From a virus: DNA of 55,865 nucleotides. Shown piece by piece: positions 17,625 to 27,438 of the stretch. Where the stretch lies: the IMG/VR virus record IMGVR_UViG_3300045303_000324, positions 1 to 55,865 of that record; one strand, 5' to 3'. Position 1 is the first letter of the stretch, and each line of letters opens with the position of its first letter. Below the pieces are notes generated by a model. It had not been told where the DNA came from and did no database searches. It saw only the letters and a list, made by a program, of their open reading frames with translations. A program made the translations under genes and the position numbers.

Positions 17625-18506
17625 CTACTGCAAAACGTCGTACTTGTCCGTAGGAACTTCGCTCGCGCTACCGGGATACTTGAATTTCCTTCCGTCTGAC
17701 TTTCGGCGCACGATGACACCGGCAGGAGGCGCAGCGGCAGGCAATGGCGTAACAGGAGCACCTGGCATGGCACCCAATGGGCCAGCCGGTGCGGGAGGTG
17801 CCATCGGTGCCACAGCAGGATTGACGGGCAAAGCTATTGGTGCGGGGTGCAGAATCGCTTCTCGTTGTTGGTCGAGTTGCAGCAAACGCCGGCTCAATGC
17901 GGCCTTGGTAACGTCATCTGTCGTGAGGCTTTCGGCCGCCTTTCGATTGTCCTTTTCCAGCATGTCAATCTGTCGGATTTGAGCCTTCTGAACGTCGCTC
18001 AACGTTCTTTCCTTGCCGAATCCCTTGTCCGCCTGAAAATGCGCGCTGCTTTTGCTGATGGGTATTCTCAAGCCCACTCTGGCCTGAGTTTCCGGATCGG
18101 TCAGCACTTCAGGACCGCCCAGAGGAGCGCCTGTTTCATCGATCTTGTTTCTCATCATGTCGAGATGCGCGCTTTGCAACCCAAGACCGGCCTTGTGCAA
18201 ATCCAACTGAGCGTCACGGTAATCCTTCAGAGCACCCTGAGCGGTGCCAGCCAGCTTTTCACGGCTCGCCATTTCTTCGCGTGACAATCCTTGGCGCGCA
18301 TCAAATTCCTTGGCTCTCTCGGCCGCGGCTGCCTGTCGTTCTTCCGCCCTGTCCTGCAACTCTTGAAGTTGCATCTGGCGCTGCTGATTGCGCGCGGAGA
18401 TACGGTCGCGCATCTCGGCCAATGCCAGCCCTTGCTGCGCCCCGTGCGCGTACGCATCGCTGAACTGCGAAGGTTCGCCCTGTATCCAACTTGGTAATGG
18501 GGCCAT
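17625..18506 (-). CDS. putative internal virion protein
   Basis: 293 aa with a coiled-coil and a Pro/Ala-rich tail. Located immediately upstream of the giant gene. Confidence 0.6.
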   Translation of the reverse strand: MAPLPSWIQGEPSQFSDAYAHGAQQGLALAEMRDRISARNQQRQMQLQELQDRAEERQAAAAERAKEFDARQGLSREEMASREKLAGTAQGALKDYRDAQLDLHKAGLGLQSAHLDMMRNKIDETGAPLGGPEVLTDPETQARVGLRIPISKSSAHFQADKGFGKERTLSDVQKAQIRQIDMLEKDNRKAAESLTTDDVTKAALSRRLLQLDQQREAILHPAPIALPVNPAVAPMAPPAPAGPLGAMPGAPVTPLPAAAPPAGVIVRRKSDGRKFKYPGSASEVPTDKYDVLQ

Positions 18507-18509
18507 GCG

Positions 18510-19523
18510 TTATTCTCCGGTTCCGGTATCTGCGCTGTTGTCGTAGGGCACTCCACTCGATCCCGTCTCGTCCATCCAGGCAAAGGGATCATCCAGTGGA
18601 CTGCCACCACCGCCGAAAGGTACACCACCTGCGCCTGATTCGTCCATCCAAGCGAACGGGTCACCGCCGGTGTACGGGTCAGGAGCGCCGCCTAGACCGT
18701 AGCTGTCCAGGATGTCCTGCCAGTTCGATCCTCCAGCGTTCCCACCAAAGTCGTAAGACCCTGAACCGCCCGTGAAATCCAATGGCGCACCCGTGGCACC
18801 GGGATAGATGGCTGGACCCGGTGTCCAGGGAGCGGCACCACCTCCACCACCGCCTCCTGTGCCGTGAAAGTCGCCTGAGGCCACTGGGAACGTGTTGGGC
18901 GCACCCATGCCGGCGGGATTGCCCGGTGATGGTCGAAGATTAGGAGCGCCAAGTGACCCGCCAAAGCCGCCACCGACTCCAGGCACGCCTCCTCGACCGC
19001 GGTTGAATGCCGCTTCGAGCTCCGCCGCCCGCGCCGCCGGATCAGGCGCCGCATTGAGATTCGCGTTGTTGGCCGCAATCTCAGCCTGTAACGACGGCGG
19101 GACGGTCTGGTTCGCCTTCACACTTCCAGTCAATCCCTCGTAGTCCTGCAACCCATTTCGCTGAAGTCCCAGTGACGTCAGCCCAAGATTCCTTGCACTA
19201 CGGTTGCTCGAAAGCGTGCTTCCGGGCATTCCTGAGCTCACCCCAAACCTTGCCCCCTCGTTCTGGATTTGAGCAATCACGTCCGGCGGAAGTTCACCCG
19301 TCAACTCGTGAATGATGTTCTGCGAAGCCTGTCCCGTGGCCGAGTCCAAGCCTGGTATCAACCGCGCCAAGTCACCGTGGGGATCAGGCAAACCCGTTGC
19401 GCCGGGCACCAGACCGTATGGCCCTTGACCAGCCCGCGGCGCAGGATTCACGTCGTAACCTGAAACGGGCGAACCTGGAGCAGGTGGTGTATAACGTCTG
19501 GTATAACTCGTTTCGCTAGGCAT
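18510..19523 (-). CDS. Gly-rich putative internal virion protein
   Basis: ATG at 19523. Contains Gly runs. The C-terminus has a tandem DPFAWMDE(S/T)G duplication. Confidence 0.6.
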   Translation of the reverse strand: MPSETSYTRRYTPPAPGSPVSGYDVNPAPRAGQGPYGLVPGATGLPDPHGDLARLIPGLDSATGQASQNIIHELTGELPPDVIAQIQNEGARFGVSSGMPGSTLSSNRSARNLGLTSLGLQRNGLQDYEGLTGSVKANQTVPPSLQAEIAANNANLNAAPDPAARAAELEAAFNRGRGGVPGVGGGFGGSLGAPNLRPSPGNPAGMGAPNTFPVASGDFHGTGGGGGGGAAPWTPGPAIYPGATGAPLDFTGGSGSYDFGGNAGGSNWQDILDSYGLGGAPDPYTGGDPFAWMDESGAGGVPFGGGGSPLDDPFAWMDETGSSGVPYDNSADTGTGE

Positions 19524-19527
19524 AAAT

Positions 19528-20550
19528 TCAGATGTTCCAGCCGATGCCGGAGCGTTCCAGCCGGGCGCTGCCCCACGTCGCAACGTCGATCGCCACCTGG
19601 TCGGTCGGCACAAAGTCGCGCTCCTGCAAATTCATCTCATGCACGGCGTCCAGCTCGTAGCTCACCTTGCCTTGCACGTTCCCGCTCTGGCCCTCTTTGA
19701 TCGCCTGAACCATCGCTGCAATGGCCTGAAGATTCTGCACCGGGCTGATGTCCGTGTCGTCGCGCAGTTTGATGAGCGCAAGTTTGAACAACGCCGTGAT
19801 CGAACGCTGCCCGTCACACGCCGAGGTGCAACAATCCATCCCGCCAATTCGCGTGAAGAGATATTGAGGATTGGTCTCGCGCGGCTGGTACTCCGCCATG
19901 TCGATCAACACGTCGTTCACCGTGTCGTACTGAAACAGCCTGATCGGACACTCGGTCTCGGGCTTGATGACTCGATCCGGGAAACCGGGACCAACATCCA
20001 TCGTCGTGCTGACGAACGGAGCAGCGAGAACGAGACTGATGCCGTCCTTCCAAGTATCATCCGGGTTACGAGTCCGTACCGGATTGCCGTTTGAATCCTT
20101 TCCAAAAAGCTGAATGACCTTTCCCAAATCCTTCTGGCATTGTGTGTACGCCCGCACCTTGATGTTGAGAGCGCCGCACGCCACGTTCCTGAACACCGGC
20201 ACTGTTCCCTCGTTCAGAGCTGAGTAATCAGAACAGAAACATGAGCCGTTCAAGTCGGTCGGTCCGAAGGGGAGAAATGAACCCCAAATCTTAGTGATCG
20301 GCACCGCATAATTGCAACGTTTCAACGCGCGCAGTCTTCCGACGAACTTTGGCCAAGCTACGCATCCGTTTCGGACGCAGAACTGCGCCTTCTTGAGCGA
20401 TGTCCACCAGTCACCCTTGCGGTAGATGCGTTCAATCGAATCGTTCAACCGACTCTCGTACTCGGGAGAGCCTGGACAATAGCCGATCACTCCGTTGATT
20501 CCGTCGTCGGCCTTGATGTCCGCGTATGTCAGGATGTCTTCCATCAGCAA
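19528..20550 (-). CDS. virion structural protein, Cys-rich
   Basis: 340-aa ORF in the tail/ejectosome operon. No family recognised. Confidence 0.6.
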   Translation of the reverse strand: MLMEDILTYADIKADDGINGVIGYCPGSPEYESRLNDSIERIYRKGDWWTSLKKAQFCVRNGCVAWPKFVGRLRALKRCNYAVPITKIWGSFLPFGPTDLNGSCFCSDYSALNEGTVPVFRNVACGALNIKVRAYTQCQKDLGKVIQLFGKDSNGNPVRTRNPDDTWKDGISLVLAAPFVSTTMDVGPGFPDRVIKPETECPIRLFQYDTVNDVLIDMAEYQPRETNPQYLFTRIGGMDCCTSACDGQRSITALFKLALIKLRDDTDISPVQNLQAIAAMVQAIKEGQSGNVQGKVSYELDAVHEMNLQERDFVPTDQVAIDVATWGSARLERSGIGWNI

Positions 20551-20936
20551 ACGGGTTTGGCAAGTTTACGAAACAAATCTCGTCTCGAAAATCGTTGTGG
20601 AACTTCAACCAATTTAGGTTCCTGAATGTTTGGAAATTCTATGTGAAGTCTGTCGTAGAGAAGCTCCGCACCATTAAACTCTGACCATTCACCAGTTTCA
20701 AAGTGACCGATCCAAGAGTCATCTGTGGGATACCAATTTTTCAGAATTTCCGAGTCAAAGTGGGGCGCCCGATCTAATAGGTAATTGTAGTACAACGAAC
20801 AATCGTTCGGAATTCCTGGTACTATTATTGTGGTCTTCGGTACCCACAACAGTCTCTCAAACCACTCGCCGAATATCGATGAGTTGAAGAGCGGGAATGC
20901 TCCCACCAGGAATTTGAAAAAATCTCGACGTTTCAT
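20544..20936 (-). CDS. Tat-signal-like protein carrying a paralogue of the capsid-protein N-terminus
   Basis: Starts MKRRDFFKFLVGA. Residues ~42-105 align with residues 1-65 of ORF 45408..46718 (IPNDCSLYYNYLLDRAPHFDSEIL.. versus MPNDCSLYKDYLFDRAPHFDLDIL..). The region is visibly AT-rich. Confidence 0.55.
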   Translation of the reverse strand: MKRRDFFKFLVGAFPLFNSSIFGEWFERLLWVPKTTIIVPGIPNDCSLYYNYLLDRAPHFDSEILKNWYPTDDSWIGHFETGEWSEFNGAELLYDRLHIEFPNIQEPKLVEVPQRFSRRDLFRKLAKPVC

Positions 20937-21493
20937 CAGCTTGATCGATCAAATAAACGGCCAGTCGGTTTGATAAAGTACACACCCATCGCACCGGGGT
21001 CAGTTCCCGCGGCGCCAGCGGACGCCAGTTTGGGTGCTGGAATGGCGACGTTGACATTCGGAGCGAACACCCCAACGCCCACCGGAATCAAATTGGCGAA
21101 GGTCGTATCCTGTTGCCAGTACGCGCCAGTTACATCAGAAATCGTACCTGGCTCACCTCCGTCGAATAGCTCCAAATCAGTGAGGCTTCCGATGAAAATT
21201 TTCCTCTCGTTGAAAGGTGGATTTCCCGCCGGCCAATGCCGCCTGAGCCACAGCCCATAGATCGGGCTATAGTCGAAGTCGCCCACGCCGATGCTGGTTG
21301 ACGAGTCAGTCTTGTGCCACGGTCTTGCTCTATTCTCGACAGTGGGTTCATCGGCACCCGTGTTCCACACCGTAAACACCGCCGGAAAGAAAACCTGAAT
21401 TTGAGTGAGCAGGTCGTGAATGGACGTGGCACTGAGACAGAAGCCAGCGGGGAGCGGGGGGATTCTAACGTCCATCTCGGTTTCGTCAGCCAT
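20936..21493 (-). CDS. virion structural protein
   Basis: 185-aa ORF coupled to its neighbours. Confidence 0.55.
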   Translation of the reverse strand: MADETEMDVRIPPLPAGFCLSATSIHDLLTQIQVFFPAVFTVWNTGADEPTVENRARPWHKTDSSTSIGVGDFDYSPIYGLWLRRHWPAGNPPFNERKIFIGSLTDLELFDGGEPGTISDVTGAYWQQDTTFANLIPVGVGVFAPNVNVAIPAPKLASAGAAGTDPGAMGVYFIKPTGRLFDRSS

Positions 21494-21523
21494 AAGTCGT
21501 GTTTACGCCTTTCGCGGTGTTTG

Positions 21524-23356
21524 TCAGTAAGATTCCATTTCGACGCTGGGAGGTCCGGCAGCCAGCCTGCAAGGCAGGCCGTCCCCAACATCGGCAATAT
21601 CGTTTTTCAAATAGATTCCGGGGCCATCGCTGTTGCTTCCTTTGATGCCCTGCCACAGCAGAATGAAATTCGCGCCACCATCCATCTCACCGATGGTGAG
21701 CACCCAACCGCACCCGGACGGCGCCAGCGTGGGCACAGCGCCAAGACCCGTCGAGTAACGCACTTCAGCGGTGTAGAGCTTCTTGCCGTTGTTGAGTGAG
21801 AGATTGCCCGGCACGGGATCGGCCTTCCACTCGATCTGAGTGAAACTACTGAATGTCCGGTTGGGCATAGTTCCATCCCACTCCGCACCGACGCCTGCGG
21901 CAGCCGTGGCGCAGTCCAGCGTGAGCAGGATCGTCTGAACCTCTTTCGTGCCTGCGTTGCCCGGCGTGTTCTCGGTGACGGTGAACAAGGGAGCGAAGGT
22001 GATGGTCGTTACTTGCGCGGTCAGCAACGCGCGTAGCCCATTGTTGTTCCAGGTCACCTGCCAGCCCGCGGCGAGACTTCCGGCGACAGTCACGCCTCCG
22101 ACCGAGGAAATCGAAGCGATTGCATTGAGAGCGGATTGCACCTGCACTGCTGTTGCGTTGAAGGCGAGCGGCGCAGTAGTGTTTGCGCCGAAGGTTGCCG
22201 TCCAGCGCGCCGAAGCAAACGACGAATAGTTTTTGACCTTGATCCGCAGCGAAGGCGGCACGGCAATCTTTCGAGTCCTGCGTAATGACCAGGTCGGGTT
22301 TGGAGCGCCATTGTGCCTGACCGTGGCGGCATACCCACCCCAGCCAGTGAATTTCAGGAACATCAAACCGCCTTGGTGCGTGTGTGTGCCGAGGTTGGCA
22401 CCGGAGACGAATGAACAGTTGGCCGCCTGAGGCGGGCAGCCAGCCAAGTCCTGAACGTTTGGGCGGTCGAAGCCTGTTTGCGTGAGCTGCGCTGAACTGC
22501 CGCCATTGTTGTAAAAGACCTCGTGGCCAAGCGTCGAGTAGGACAGGCCAGGACATCCAAAACCTGCCGTCACAACGTCATAGTTGAAACAGCCGTTCTG
22601 GTAATCGAGAACGAATTGCATCGGATCGAACGAGCCGAAGTTTTGAATCGCGTTGAGGGGTGTCAGATCAGCGATGCCAACCGTCGCGAGCACTGTGTTG
22701 TCCGGCACCGACAAATCGCACGGGGCAGCGATCACACCGCACTGTAGTTTCCCGTCAGCTATCCCCTTGTTGAATAGCTTCGTGAGTTCGTCGAGTGCCT
22801 TTTGATTGGCTTCCGCCAGTGTGGACGCACTAAAAGCACCCGGCTTCATGGTCAACCCCTTGCCATCAATCGAAATCTTGATGCTCGTTGGAAGGAACGA
22901 TGAGAGCGGCAGTCCTGAAATGTTGAAGATCGGGTCGCCATTCGGACAATTGACCGTCTGAGGATCGCTCAACTGCGTTTTCTTCTTTGGTCTGAACGCC
23001 TTCTCACGACACCCAGCCAGTCGTCGTGCGGCCTCATTCACCATCGACTGCAAGAGCGCGGTGTAGTCAGCCTGCGAGATGTTCGAGTCGTACTGAACCG
23101 TCAAAGGTCCGTCACAGCAGTTGATCGTCAGCGGAAGGAAATTCGGTGTCGGTGGAGGGTTCCAATGAATCTCGCCTTTGAGAATCGTGATGAGCTTGGG
23201 ATAACTACCCGGCATGCAGACGTAACCGACGGGACACTGAAACAGCAGCGAGATTTGATCGTTCTCGAACGTCGAACCAACCAGAAGATAATCGTCGAGA
23301 CCGGACGGCGGACAACAGTCCAGAACTTCACAAACTGGGCATTCTAGTTTGGACAT
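21524..23356 (-). CDS. large virion/tail protein
   Basis: ATG 23356 (MSKLECPVCEVLDCC...) overlaps the upstream TAA (TAATG). Confidence 0.6.
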   Translation of the reverse strand: MSKLECPVCEVLDCCPPSGLDDYLLVGSTFENDQISLLFQCPVGYVCMPGSYPKLITILKGEIHWNPPPTPNFLPLTINCCDGPLTVQYDSNISQADYTALLQSMVNEAARRLAGCREKAFRPKKKTQLSDPQTVNCPNGDPIFNISGLPLSSFLPTSIKISIDGKGLTMKPGAFSASTLAEANQKALDELTKLFNKGIADGKLQCGVIAAPCDLSVPDNTVLATVGIADLTPLNAIQNFGSFDPMQFVLDYQNGCFNYDVVTAGFGCPGLSYSTLGHEVFYNNGGSSAQLTQTGFDRPNVQDLAGCPPQAANCSFVSGANLGTHTHQGGLMFLKFTGWGGYAATVRHNGAPNPTWSLRRTRKIAVPPSLRIKVKNYSSFASARWTATFGANTTAPLAFNATAVQVQSALNAIASISSVGGVTVAGSLAAGWQVTWNNNGLRALLTAQVTTITFAPLFTVTENTPGNAGTKEVQTILLTLDCATAAAGVGAEWDGTMPNRTFSSFTQIEWKADPVPGNLSLNNGKKLYTAEVRYSTGLGAVPTLAPSGCGWVLTIGEMDGGANFILLWQGIKGSNSDGPGIYLKNDIADVGDGLPCRLAAGPPSVEMESY

Positions 23357-23919
23357 TACGGTGTTTGTTTCACCACGTCGATCCAGCTTCCGGACTTGAG
23401 AGTTACGGTATTCGCAATCGCTCCCCAATTAAGGGCAATCGTTCCGTCAGCAGAAGGAACAATGACGAGACTGTCCGTGGCGATCAGAAAACTGCTCAGG
23501 GCATCGCTGATATTGGCCAGCAATATCGGTCCTGAGGAATGTCCTCGTTTCCAAACCAAGGCTCCGGCCTGAAAGTAGAGAATGTCCTGGTTGGCACTGG
23601 TGACCGCCGGCACCGTCCACTGGTAAGTGACAACTCCATTGGGCGTCACGATGTCATAAATCAGTCTCGTGCGAATGAAGTATTTGCTTCCAGCGACGAC
23701 AGGGAAGAACAACTGGTCATCATCACCTGACACGGCGGCTGCACGAACCAAGTCCGTCGTGCGGCTGATCGTCGTGATGTCCGGAAGCAACTTTCTGGCT
23801 GCCTTCTTGGTCTGGAACACGCCACCGCCAACGTCTTGGGCAATGCCGAACAGGTCGTTGGGTTTGATTTCCGTGGCGGCGATGGGAAACGCACTAATCA
23901 TTTTGCCTGTCAAACTCAT
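23356..23919 (-). CDS. virion structural protein
   Basis: ATG at 23919 (MSLTGKM...), downstream of a GAAAGG box. Confidence 0.55.
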   Translation of the reverse strand: MSLTGKMISAFPIAATEIKPNDLFGIAQDVGGGVFQTKKAARKLLPDITTISRTTDLVRAAAVSGDDDQLFFPVVAGSKYFIRTRLIYDIVTPNGVVTYQWTVPAVTSANQDILYFQAGALVWKRGHSSGPILLANISDALSSFLIATDSLVIVPSADGTIALNWGAIANTVTLKSGSWIDVVKQTP

Positions 23920-23929
23920 AATCAGCCTT

Positions 23930-26062
23930 TCAAGTAATTTTGAAATAACTCGTTTCATCAATTGCCCACCAATCGTTCTCGTTCGTCAAAAACGCGTCCT
24001 GCACGTCCACGTCCACGTCCGGTTCAGGCGGAAGTTCCGGCAGAACGTCGCACGTCGGACTCTGGCACATCATTGGCGCCATCACCGGCTCCGGCGTCAA
24101 CACCGCGCGCAATTTCATTCCACTCACACGGCACCAGCCCTGAATCAAAATCCTGACCTGAGCCGTGTACAGGTCGCGAAACGGTTTGTTCGTGATCGGG
24201 TCACAGGGTCTCGGTGATGGCTCTCCAAACCCCATGCGCACCCGGTATTGAGGTTGCGCGTTGAGGATCGACAGGCAGGTGAACGGGTCCGGCAGACACT
24301 CTTCCTGCTTGGCGCACACACTCCAGCCGTGCCAGAAAATCCAGCAAGGATGTTTGTCTGGGCGGTAAAAGATTCGGATGTCCACCCGGCCACGAATATC
24401 GTCAACATAGATTTCTCCGTCCTGCAACCGTACACGCTCAAATGATCCGATCCCCGAACGCTTGAACATATCCCCGGTTTCCAACGACCACACCACAGGA
24501 TACTCCAGATTGTTGTTCGTGTCTGCAAATTCCGCACCGGACGGCATGATCTCGAACAGGTCGATCTCGCCGTTGTTGTTGAAGCTCGCCGCGAACGCGC
24601 GTTCCATCGAGCCGAACACACCCGTCATCATCTGCAACACCTGCAACCCGGTCCAGCCCCCGTCATAGATGGGCGGGGAACTTCCCTGTAATGTCGAAAG
24701 GATGTCGAAATCCAGCGCCACCAGAGCGCGGTGATAGATCCCACGGTCGCTCACCGTGGGACTGGCGCTCATCAGCAGGCGGTTGTTGAACACGATCGCC
24801 GTGGAGAATTCCAGCAGGCTTTGATTGTCGGCGAGCATGATCCGGTTCATCTCCCGGCTCACCGGTTTGTTGCCCCAACGCTGTTGGAAATCGCGCCGCC
24901 CAAGAATCAACGTCTGAATGCCGGCGAAACTCCGGTAAAACAAATCGCCATTGGCCACCACGGTCGAGTATTGCGACAACCCGCCACTTTGAATCTGACT
25001 GACGCTCAGAAGCACACTGGTCGTGTTCTGCCATTCGATGTCGTCCACCGGCGCGTCGCAGTTGAACACGATTCGCGCCGTGAGCACTTGAAGCGGTCCC
25101 TGGCCCAGTGACACGTCGAGGTTGGCCACGGCCCGCATGGCCATGATTTCGCCGCCGTTGGACGGCACTGAGAAATCTCCCCCGGTGAGAAAGATGTTCC
25201 TCGTCTGCTTGAGCACGGCGTCGCGTTTCTTTTCCCCCGGCGTGCCGCTGCTCGAGTACACCAGGTCACCGGCGCGGAATGTGAGCCCATCCGGATTCAC
25301 CCACCAGTTTCTACCCTTCCAATAGACGCCCATTCTACCGGCCGTGAGTTCACCGCTCAGCACGTTGGAACGCCGAGACGTGGCACCGTCGAAGAAGATA
25401 GGGACACTCTGACCGTCGTTTATGATCATCCACTTCTCGGACTGCCAAAGCCATGCGTGCGGTCGTGTGGCTGGGTTCACGTCCCAAAAGATGAACTGCG
25501 CTCCGACACCGATAACGCTGCCCGCCAGATCGTCCACATTTTTGACAGTGATCGTGGTTGGGCTCGTCACCAAAGTCACAACGTAATTGTGCCCCGCTAT
25601 TTCGATTTCATACCCGTTCTGTAAGTTGCTTGTATCAAGAACGGACACGCTAACGGTAGAGCCGATGGCTGGAACGGTGAAGGGCAGCGTGGTGATGGTC
25701 TGAACGTTGATCGTGATTTCCTGCACCTTGAACTTCACTGGACCGGGTTTGATGACAAATTGTCGCCCGCCGATGCACCAGATCAGGTAGGTTTGGCCGG
25801 CGTCAGACTGGTATGTCTCACCTCCCTGCCAGCGACCAGTCCTGAACCGATTCTCGAGTACGGAGTTGCCGCCGAAGTCCAGTTGCCGCTGGTGAAACAT
25901 CGAGCGCGCCGTGGCAAATCCACCGCGCAGAGTCGCATTGGCCGCGAAGGAAAGCTGGTTCTCTTTTACGAGTGAGGGAACAACACCACTGTCGATTCCA
26001 CCTTGAAGCGTCGTGAAACCGTCGAAGACATCTCTGGGCTTCTCTTGTTGTTTATCAGCCAC
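23930..26062 (-). CDS. tail tubular protein B (nozzle)-like
   Basis: 710 aa. The N-terminal TTLQGGIDSGVVPSLVKENQLSFAANATLRGGF parallels the start of T7 gp12-type proteins, from memory. Confidence 0.6.
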   Translation of the reverse strand: MADKQQEKPRDVFDGFTTLQGGIDSGVVPSLVKENQLSFAANATLRGGFATARSMFHQRQLDFGGNSVLENRFRTGRWQGGETYQSDAGQTYLIWCIGGRQFVIKPGPVKFKVQEITINVQTITTLPFTVPAIGSTVSVSVLDTSNLQNGYEIEIAGHNYVVTLVTSPTTITVKNVDDLAGSVIGVGAQFIFWDVNPATRPHAWLWQSEKWMIINDGQSVPIFFDGATSRRSNVLSGELTAGRMGVYWKGRNWWVNPDGLTFRAGDLVYSSSGTPGEKKRDAVLKQTRNIFLTGGDFSVPSNGGEIMAMRAVANLDVSLGQGPLQVLTARIVFNCDAPVDDIEWQNTTSVLLSVSQIQSGGLSQYSTVVANGDLFYRSFAGIQTLILGRRDFQQRWGNKPVSREMNRIMLADNQSLLEFSTAIVFNNRLLMSASPTVSDRGIYHRALVALDFDILSTLQGSSPPIYDGGWTGLQVLQMMTGVFGSMERAFAASFNNNGEIDLFEIMPSGAEFADTNNNLEYPVVWSLETGDMFKRSGIGSFERVRLQDGEIYVDDIRGRVDIRIFYRPDKHPCWIFWHGWSVCAKQEECLPDPFTCLSILNAQPQYRVRMGFGEPSPRPCDPITNKPFRDLYTAQVRILIQGWCRVSGMKLRAVLTPEPVMAPMMCQSPTCDVLPELPPEPDVDVDVQDAFLTNENDWWAIDETSYFKIT

Positions 26063-26069
26063 ACAAGTA

Positions 26070-26753
26070 TTACAACGGCCAGTCGATTTCTGCCCAAGTC
26101 AAGGAACCATTCACAATCCAGGTCGTACCCGCGCCGCTACCCGCCATGATCGCGCACAAGGCACCTGGAGGTATGATGACCAAACCACCCAAATCTTCGC
26201 CCACCACCCCAGGACCGCCGTTGCCTGCCGCCGCCGCTGCTGCCGCCCCTCCAATCATAAACATTTCCTGAACAGGATTTGGCGTCGCCAGCCAGCCACC
26301 GAGCGCCACGTTGTTCCAGGGTTTCATCAGTGAACCTTGTTGGGAAACACCGCCTTGGACAAGATGATTGAAAATGTTCCCCGTCGCCGCAGCAGTGATC
26401 GGCAACGCGCCACCCGCCTGCACATTGAGAATCGCCTGGCCACCGGCGGGAGTGCCGGAAGTGGTCAAAAATGTTGATCTCAAAAGGAGAGCGGCCTTGT
26501 TGGTGGAAATGTTTCCAAATCCAATGACGGGCGTCGCGGTGTTGGCCGCGATGGGCGAATTGTGCGTCGCGGCCACGGTGACGGCCTTTACAAACGTCGA
26601 GAACACCAGCCCATAACGAACCATCTCGAAGTACCTGCCCGCGCCGGAATCGTTGACGATCAAATCGCTGAACGGCCCGCTGCGAATATCAGCCTCCACG
26701 TTATTCGACGTGCGGCGCATTCCGGTCACTGCTTTGATGACATCCATGCTCAT
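26070..26753 (-). CDS. virion/tail protein with poly-Ala/Gly segment
   Basis: 227-aa ORF, beta-rich. Confidence 0.55.
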   Translation of the reverse strand: MSMDVIKAVTGMRRTSNNVEADIRSGPFSDLIVNDSGAGRYFEMVRYGLVFSTFVKAVTVAATHNSPIAANTATPVIGFGNISTNKAALLLRSTFLTTSGTPAGGQAILNVQAGGALPITAAATGNIFNHLVQGGVSQQGSLMKPWNNVALGGWLATPNPVQEMFMIGGAAAAAAAGNGGPGVVGEDLGGLVIIPPGALCAIMAGSGAGTTWIVNGSLTWAEIDWPL

Positions 26754-26944
26754 AATCGGTTCGCTTCCTTTGAGAGTTCTTTCGGCAGATCAATTCCCTG
26801 CTTCAAAAGGTAAAAGCAGAGCAGACGGAAAAGGTATTCATCACGCGCCACACGCTCATTAAGCGGGATGTCGAGATCGTCCTGCGATTGCAACTGCTGC
26901 ATTGCAGCCGTGTCGTCGAGGACCAGTGGTTTTCGGTCAGACAT
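26750..26944 (-). CDS. small protein sharing an N-terminal docking motif with the 26944..27432 product
   Basis: MSDRKPLVLDDTAAMQQLQSQDDLDIP compared with MALRKPLVLVQGVVQQLQSGDTLDAP. Confidence 0.5.
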   Translation of the reverse strand: MSDRKPLVLDDTAAMQQLQSQDDLDIPLNERVARDEYLFRLLCFYLLKQGIDLPKELSKEANRL

Positions 26945-27432
26945 TAAAGCAAAATGGGTTTGAACGGAGAAGACAGGTTGAGTTCGATTGTGCTTACGGC
27001 CACGCCCAACTCGACCACGTATTGCCCCCCGGTTGACGGTGGTGTCACTGTTCCAAGACCTGCTGTGGTGGGCGATAGAAAGTAGCGTGTTCCAACCGTA
27101 AATCCTCCTGTGGTGCCGAACGAAGCATCGACCTGGGCCGTGCTGGTGAAACCCAACACCCCGTTGACTTGGATTGCACCGGATACACCGTTGGTGATGC
27201 TCGCGTCACGGACCAGTCCGAGTACGCGCGCCGTCGTTGCGGCGTCGGCCTTCCCTTTTTTTACTCCATCCGCAACATCGTTATAAACCGGAGTGCCGAT
27301 GACGATGGGTGTTGCCTCGTCGTTTGTCTGAGCGAGAACGTCACCGCCTGATTGAGGAGCGTCGAGAGTATCCCCGCTCTGTAGTTGCTGTACGACCCCT
27401 TGTACCAAAACCAGTGGTTTTCGCAGCGCCAT
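26944..27432 (-). CDS. fibre-tip / receptor-binding-like protein
   Basis: 162 aa. The C-terminal knob pattern ends ..PILL, as in the next gene. Confidence 0.6.
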   Translation of the reverse strand: MALRKPLVLVQGVVQQLQSGDTLDAPQSGGDVLAQTNDEATPIVIGTPVYNDVADGVKKGKADAATTARVLGLVRDASITNGVSGAIQVNGVLGFTSTAQVDASFGTTGGFTVGTRYFLSPTTAGLGTVTPPSTGGQYVVELGVAVSTIELNLSSPFKPILL

Positions 27433-27438
27433 AAGTGA

